A stretch of 64,000 nucleotides of DNA. Origin: an uncultured delta proteobacterium. GTDB taxonomy: Bacteria > Myxococcota_A > Polyangia > Polyangiales > Polyangiaceae. Positions 60,219-64,000 of this stretch are shown piece after piece; position 1 is the stretch's first letter; each line of letters opens with the position of its first letter. The translations under genes were made by a program, and so were the position numbers. The stretch is taken from positions 160,001-224,000 of the forward strand of contig CAWKKR010000004.1 in assembly GCA_963850305.1 (NCBI GenBank). The letters run 5' to 3'. The notes under the pieces were generated by a model. That model did not search any database, was not told the DNA's origin, and saw nothing but the letters and a program-made list of their open reading frames with translations.

Positions 60219-61031
60219 ATGTCCGCTTCCGCACGGCGCCGCCGCCCTTTTCTGGATGCCGATCGGCCGCTCTGTTTCGCGCACCGCGGGGGCGCCAAGC
60301 TGTGGCCGGAGAACACGCTGGTGGCTTTCCGAGGTGCCATCGGTCTAGGCCTGCGGTATCTGGAAACGGACGTGCACGCGACGCGCGACGGCGTGCTGGT
60401 CGTGCATCACGATGCGCGCGTGGACGCAACCACCAGCGGCAGCGGCTCGATTCGCGACATGAGCTACGCGGAACTCGCACGACTGGACGCCGGCTACCAC
60501 TACACCGGTGACGGCATGACCCATCCGTACCGCGGCAAGGGTGTCTCGATCCCGACGCTCGCCGACGTGTTCGCTCTCTCCGCCGAGGTGCGCGTGAACG
60601 TGGATATCAAGCCGCTCGAAGAGTCCGTCGCGCGAAAGCTCTGGGAGCTCGTGGACACGCTCGGACTCCACGATCGGATCTTGGTCGCGTCCGAGCACCA
60701 CCGTCAGGTGCAGTGCTTCCGGCGATATTCGAGCGAGCGGGTTGCGACGAGCGCGAGCCAGCGCGAGGCGCTTCGGTTCTGGGCGACGTCACGTCTCGGC
60801 GTCGATGGATTGCTCCCCATCGCATTCGACGCGCTCCAAGTCCCGACGACGTATAAAGGACTGCGCGTCGTCGACCGAGGATTCGTCCGGGCGGCGCATC
60901 GTCACGGGGCGCAGGTGCATGTCTGGACGGTGGATGAAACGAGGGAGATGCGCGAGCTGCTCGAGCTCGGGGTCGACGGATTGATGTCCGACCGTCCCGA
61001 TCGGCTCCTGTCGAAGGAAGCCCGCCCGTGA
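60219..61031 (+). CDS. Glycerophosphodiester phosphodiesterase
   Basis: AHRGG, PENT, LETDVHATRDG.LVVHHD, NVDIK, VHVWTVD, GVDGLMSDRP. Confidence 0.93.
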   Translation: MSASARRRRPFLDADRPLCFAHRGGAKLWPENTLVAFRGAIGLGLRYLETDVHATRDGVLVVHHDARVDATTSGSGSIRDMSYAELARLDAGYHYTGDGMTHPYRGKGVSIPTLADVFALSAEVRVNVDIKPLEESVARKLWELVDTLGLHDRILVASEHHRQVQCFRRYSSERVATSASQREALRFWATSRLGVDGLLPIAFDALQVPTTYKGLRVVDRGFVRAAHRHGAQVHVWTVDETREMRELLELGVDGLMSDRPDRLLSKEARP

Positions 61032-61693
61032 ATTTCTTCGGACACGCGGTCATTGCGAGCAGGCGGAGCGCCTCCGCGGGTTTCGTCCTCGGGGCGATGC
61101 TTCCAGACTTCGCGACGATGCTGGGGGCGCGCGTGCCAGTCGTGACAAACGCGGACATGGAGCGGGGCGTCGCGTTTCATCATGCGACGGACAAGGCATT
61201 CCACGAGGCACCGACGTTCAGGGCACTCCAGAGCGAGGCGCGCGCCGCGCTGCGCGCGCGAGGCCTGCCGCGGCCGGGCGCGCTTGCCGTGGGACACATC
61301 GGCGTGGAGATGCTGCTCGACCGAGTCCTCGCAGAGGACACGCGCGGCGTCGCGGCATACCTTGCGGCATTGCAGTCAGGGCCCTCCTTCGGTGCCTACA
61401 TCGCATGGAAGGCGGGTGAACTCGGGCAGAGATTCGAGGAGCTCTGCTCCATTCTCGCCGCGCGAGGGGTCTCGGCCGGAGACGGTGACGCGCGCACGAC
61501 GGCATTTCGTGTGGCGAGCGCTCTCGCCTCTCGCCCACGCCTTCGCCTCGATGCTGGCGGAGAGCGGATCGTCGAATCGTGGGCAAACGAGGCGCAGCTC
61601 GACATCGCCGCCGCCGCGCCGGCCCTCCTGTCAGAGGTCGATGCCGGACTCCGCGACCGGATCTCCAGGCACGAAAGCGCGGCAATCGAGTAG
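61028..61693 (+). CDS. AcpH-like (ACP phosphodiesterase / HD-type) protein
   Basis: MNFFGHA, GAMLPDF, GVAFHHATDKAFH, HIGVEMLLD; GTGA overlap with the upstream gene. Confidence 0.65.
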   Translation: MNFFGHAVIASRRSASAGFVLGAMLPDFATMLGARVPVVTNADMERGVAFHHATDKAFHEAPTFRALQSEARAALRARGLPRPGALAVGHIGVEMLLDRVLAEDTRGVAAYLAALQSGPSFGAYIAWKAGELGQRFEELCSILAARGVSAGDGDARTTAFRVASALASRPRLRLDAGGERIVESWANEAQLDIAAAAPALLSEVDAGLRDRISRHESAAIE

Positions 61694-61725
61694 CATTCCT
61701 GGCACGAACACGCGGCGTGGGGCAC

Positions 61726-61742
61726 GATTGGTTGAACCAATC
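61726..61742. promoter_or_regulatory. FadR-type operator palindrome
   Basis: GATTGGTT-G-AACCAATC, perfect 8-bp arms containing TGGT-N3-ACCA, 34 nt upstream of the GntR/FadR start. Confidence 0.75.
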
Positions 61743-61776
61743 CCCGGTTACCCCGCGCTTCATCCCTGGAGCTGAC

Positions 61777-62586
61777 ATGCACGAGGAAGCCCGTAACGCG
61801 AACATCGCCGACACTATCTTCGTAGAGCTGAGACGGAAGATCTTGAGCGGCGAGCTCAAAGCCGGTGAACGACTGGCGGGCGAGCGTGAGCTCGCGACGA
61901 AGTACGGCACGAATCGAAATACGCTGCGCGAAGCCGTCCGGAAGCTCGAACAGGCTCGGCTCGTGACGGTCCGGCACGGCCAGGGAGTAACCGTCGCCGA
62001 CTTCCGGAAGACCGGAACGCTGGATCTGTTGTCACCATTCTTGCAAGCGAGTCTCGACGGAAGCGAGATCGCCCATGTCATGGAAGACATTCTCGAGCCG
62101 CGTGTTCTGTTGCTGGAGCATGCAACACGCCTCGCGGTGCGCCGGGCGGACAAGCAAGACATCGAGAAACTCACGGATATCAACGACCTTCTCATCGCGG
62201 CGTTCGACGGCGGGGACGCGGCAGTCGTGGCCAAGGGCTTTCAGCGCTGGCTCGACGCGCTCATCGACGCAGGGCACTCGCTCATCGTGCGCTGGTTCGC
62301 GAATCCGATGCTCGACGCTTACCGCGACATGGTCGAGCGCTATCCGTCGCTCTGGGTGCTGGAACCGAGCTTTCCGAAGCATCTGCGTGACGTCATCCGC
62401 GCCATCTCCGAGGGCGACGAACAAGCGGCGATCGACGCGACGCGCGCCTACTACGTGCGCGTCGACGGTGCCCTCCGTGGCCATTTGCAGCGCTCGTCCG
62501 CGGAGCCCGCAAGCACACCGCAAGGCGCGCCGACCGTCACCGACGGCACCGTCGTGCCGCTCAGAAGAAGGAGAGGTCCCGCGTGA
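61777..62586 (+). CDS. GntR/FadR family transcriptional regulator
   Basis: ILSGELKAGERLAGERELA..YGTNRNTLREA...L...RHGQG wHTH, plus FCD-like helical C-terminus. Confidence 0.92.
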   Translation: MHEEARNANIADTIFVELRRKILSGELKAGERLAGERELATKYGTNRNTLREAVRKLEQARLVTVRHGQGVTVADFRKTGTLDLLSPFLQASLDGSEIAHVMEDILEPRVLLLEHATRLAVRRADKQDIEKLTDINDLLIAAFDGGDAAVVAKGFQRWLDALIDAGHSLIVRWFANPMLDAYRDMVERYPSLWVLEPSFPKHLRDVIRAISEGDEQAAIDATRAYYVRVDGALRGHLQRSSAEPASTPQGAPTVTDGTVVPLRRRRGPA

Positions 62587-63221
62587 CCCTGCGGCTGACA
62601 GCTGCTGACCCGAGGACGGGACGACGGTCTCTCCTCGCGGTGGCACAGGTCGGCCCGCCCACGCTCGCGCGCCATCCCAACGACGGGTGGCGGCTCGCGG
62701 ATCCGTACCCGCTCGGCGCATACCAGACAGGAGTTCTCCGCGCAGTGATCCGCGCGTTGTGTCCACCGGAACCCGCACTGTTCTCGCCAGCGCTCGCCCG
62801 CCAAGTGGAGGCGGACTCGCGCCGCTTGCTCCGCTACATGCAGCCGGTCGTCGCGCGCGCGCTGTGCATAGGGCTCGTACTGCTCGACTTCCTGCCCATC
62901 GTGACGTTCGAGAGTCGACATCGGTTCCACGTCCTGGACGGGACGCACGGCTCGGCGCTGCTCGCACGCTGGTCTCGAAGCGGGGTTCGTGCGCTGCGGC
63001 TCTTGATTCAGGGTCTTCGCGCCATGGTGCTGAGCGTCTATTTCGATCAGCGCGAGGTGCACGCGGCGATGCATTACGCCCCGGAACCGTTCATGCGCGA
63101 TCGGATCCGACTTCGCGAGCAACGGGCTGCCCACCATGGGGCACCCACGCCGCTGCGGCGCCCACCGTCAAGAACTTCCGACCATACTGGACTCGCGCCG
63201 GGTTCCGGCAGAACGGGATGA
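62583..63221 (+). CDS. Hypothetical protein, partner of the GMC oxidoreductase (gluconate 2-dehydrogenase subunit 3-like)
   Basis: GTGA and ATGA overlaps with both neighbours; RF..L....LL..W..S....R....GLRAMVLSVYF...V...MHY pattern. Confidence 0.6.
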   Translation: MTLRLTAADPRTGRRSLLAVAQVGPPTLARHPNDGWRLADPYPLGAYQTGVLRAVIRALCPPEPALFSPALARQVEADSRRLLRYMQPVVARALCIGLVLLDFLPIVTFESRHRFHVLDGTHGSALLARWSRSGVRALRLLIQGLRAMVLSVYFDQREVHAAMHYAPEPFMRDRIRLREQRAAHHGAPTPLRRPPSRTSDHTGLAPGSGRTG

Positions 63222-64000
63222 ACGGAATGCTCCTCTGCCACGACGACTATCGCCGTTCGCGTGAGTTCGCCGCGGACATCGTCGTGGTCGGCACCGGTGC
63301 GGGTGGCGCCGTCGCCGGCACGGAACTCGCCGAGAGCGGACGCAGCGTGCTCTTCGTGGAAGAGGGTAGCTACCACCCCACGTCGAGCTTCAATCCGTAC
63401 CTGACGGAGTCGATTCCGCGACTCTACCGGGACGGCGCCGCGACAGCGATCCTCGGCAGTCCGATGATTCCTTACGTCGAAGGACGCACGGTCGGCGGCA
63501 GCACCGTCATCAACGGTGGGATGGCGTATCGGGCGCCCGAACGCGTGCTCGACGAAATGGGGACATGGAGGCTGTGAGCTCGGACCACGCGAGCTGGAGC
63601 CATTGTTCGAGCGCGTCGAGCGCCGTCTCCATGTCGCACCCCAGGACGAAGTGAGCATAGGCGAAGACAGTCGTCTCATGGCGCGTGGCGCAAGGAAGAT
63701 GGGCTGGAAGATGTCCGTCAATCGCCGCAGCCAGCGGGATTGCGTCGGGACGAACAATTGCGGCTTCGGATGCCCCACGGGCGCGAAGCAATCGACCCTC
63801 GTGAGCTACCTGCCGCACGCGTTCGCGGCGGGCGCCGGCTGCTTGACGGACGTCCGGGTGGAGAAGCTACTCATCGAGCACGGTCGCTGCGTCGGCGTCG
63901 AAGGCCGCGCGATCGATCCGGCGACGCGAGCGCCGTCCAGCACCATCATCGTGCGAGCGCGAGCAGTCGTCATCGCCTGCGGTGCGGTCCAGACTCCCTA
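63218..64000 (+). CDS. GMC family oxidoreductase (partial; frameshift near 63556)
   Basis: DIVVVGTGAGG, FVEEG, GRTVGGSTVINGG; after the frameshift ...CVGTNNCGFGCPTGAKQST..YLP, VVIACGAVQTP. Confidence 0.9.

Noticed and set aside
61700..61740. sigma54 promoter (TGGCACG and GGCACG copies) upstream of gntR
   Set aside because: Neither copy has TTGC or GC at the strict -12 spacing; both are off by one.

Overview
High-GC (roughly 70% by eye) bacterial chromosomal segment, most consistent with a myxobacterium (Myxococcota, Polyangiaceae-like). This is inferred from a TonB-domain-fused outer-membrane receptor, a Ser/Thr kinase-STAND-TPR protein, a HEAT-repeat chemosensory cluster, Uma2-type remnants and many lipoproteins with G/S/T-rich linkers. 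About 55 coding regions can be supported. Housekeeping genes include xth, prfB (programmed +1 frameshift)-lysS-lolC/E-lolD, ribF, holA, ribA, glmU, an mltD-like gene, degQ, dusB and hslR. There is a receptor-less cheY-cheA-cheW-cheW-HEAT-cheR-cheB cluster, secreted hydrolases (GH12, PHB-depolymerase-like esterase, SLT-like muramidase) and a FadR/GntR-GMC oxidoreductase locus running off the right end. No rRNA, tRNA, CRISPR array or intact mobile element was recognised. Several isolated single-base frameshifts look like sequencing errors. Most notable non-obvious signals: (1) a paired palindromic operator (TTTACCCGGGTAAA) over a leaderless sigma70 promoter of a DUF2239 gene whose product looks like a ribbon-helix-helix regulator; (2) pervasive leaderless gene starts; (3) five gene remnants, three of them with an apparent internal deletion; (4) a 16 x 21-bp tandem array between convergent genes; (5) predicted pseudo-enzymes (a DapA-like protein without the Schiff-base Lys, a membrane-bound degenerate sigma54-activator domain). 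All product calls come from motif recognition by eye, not database searches.
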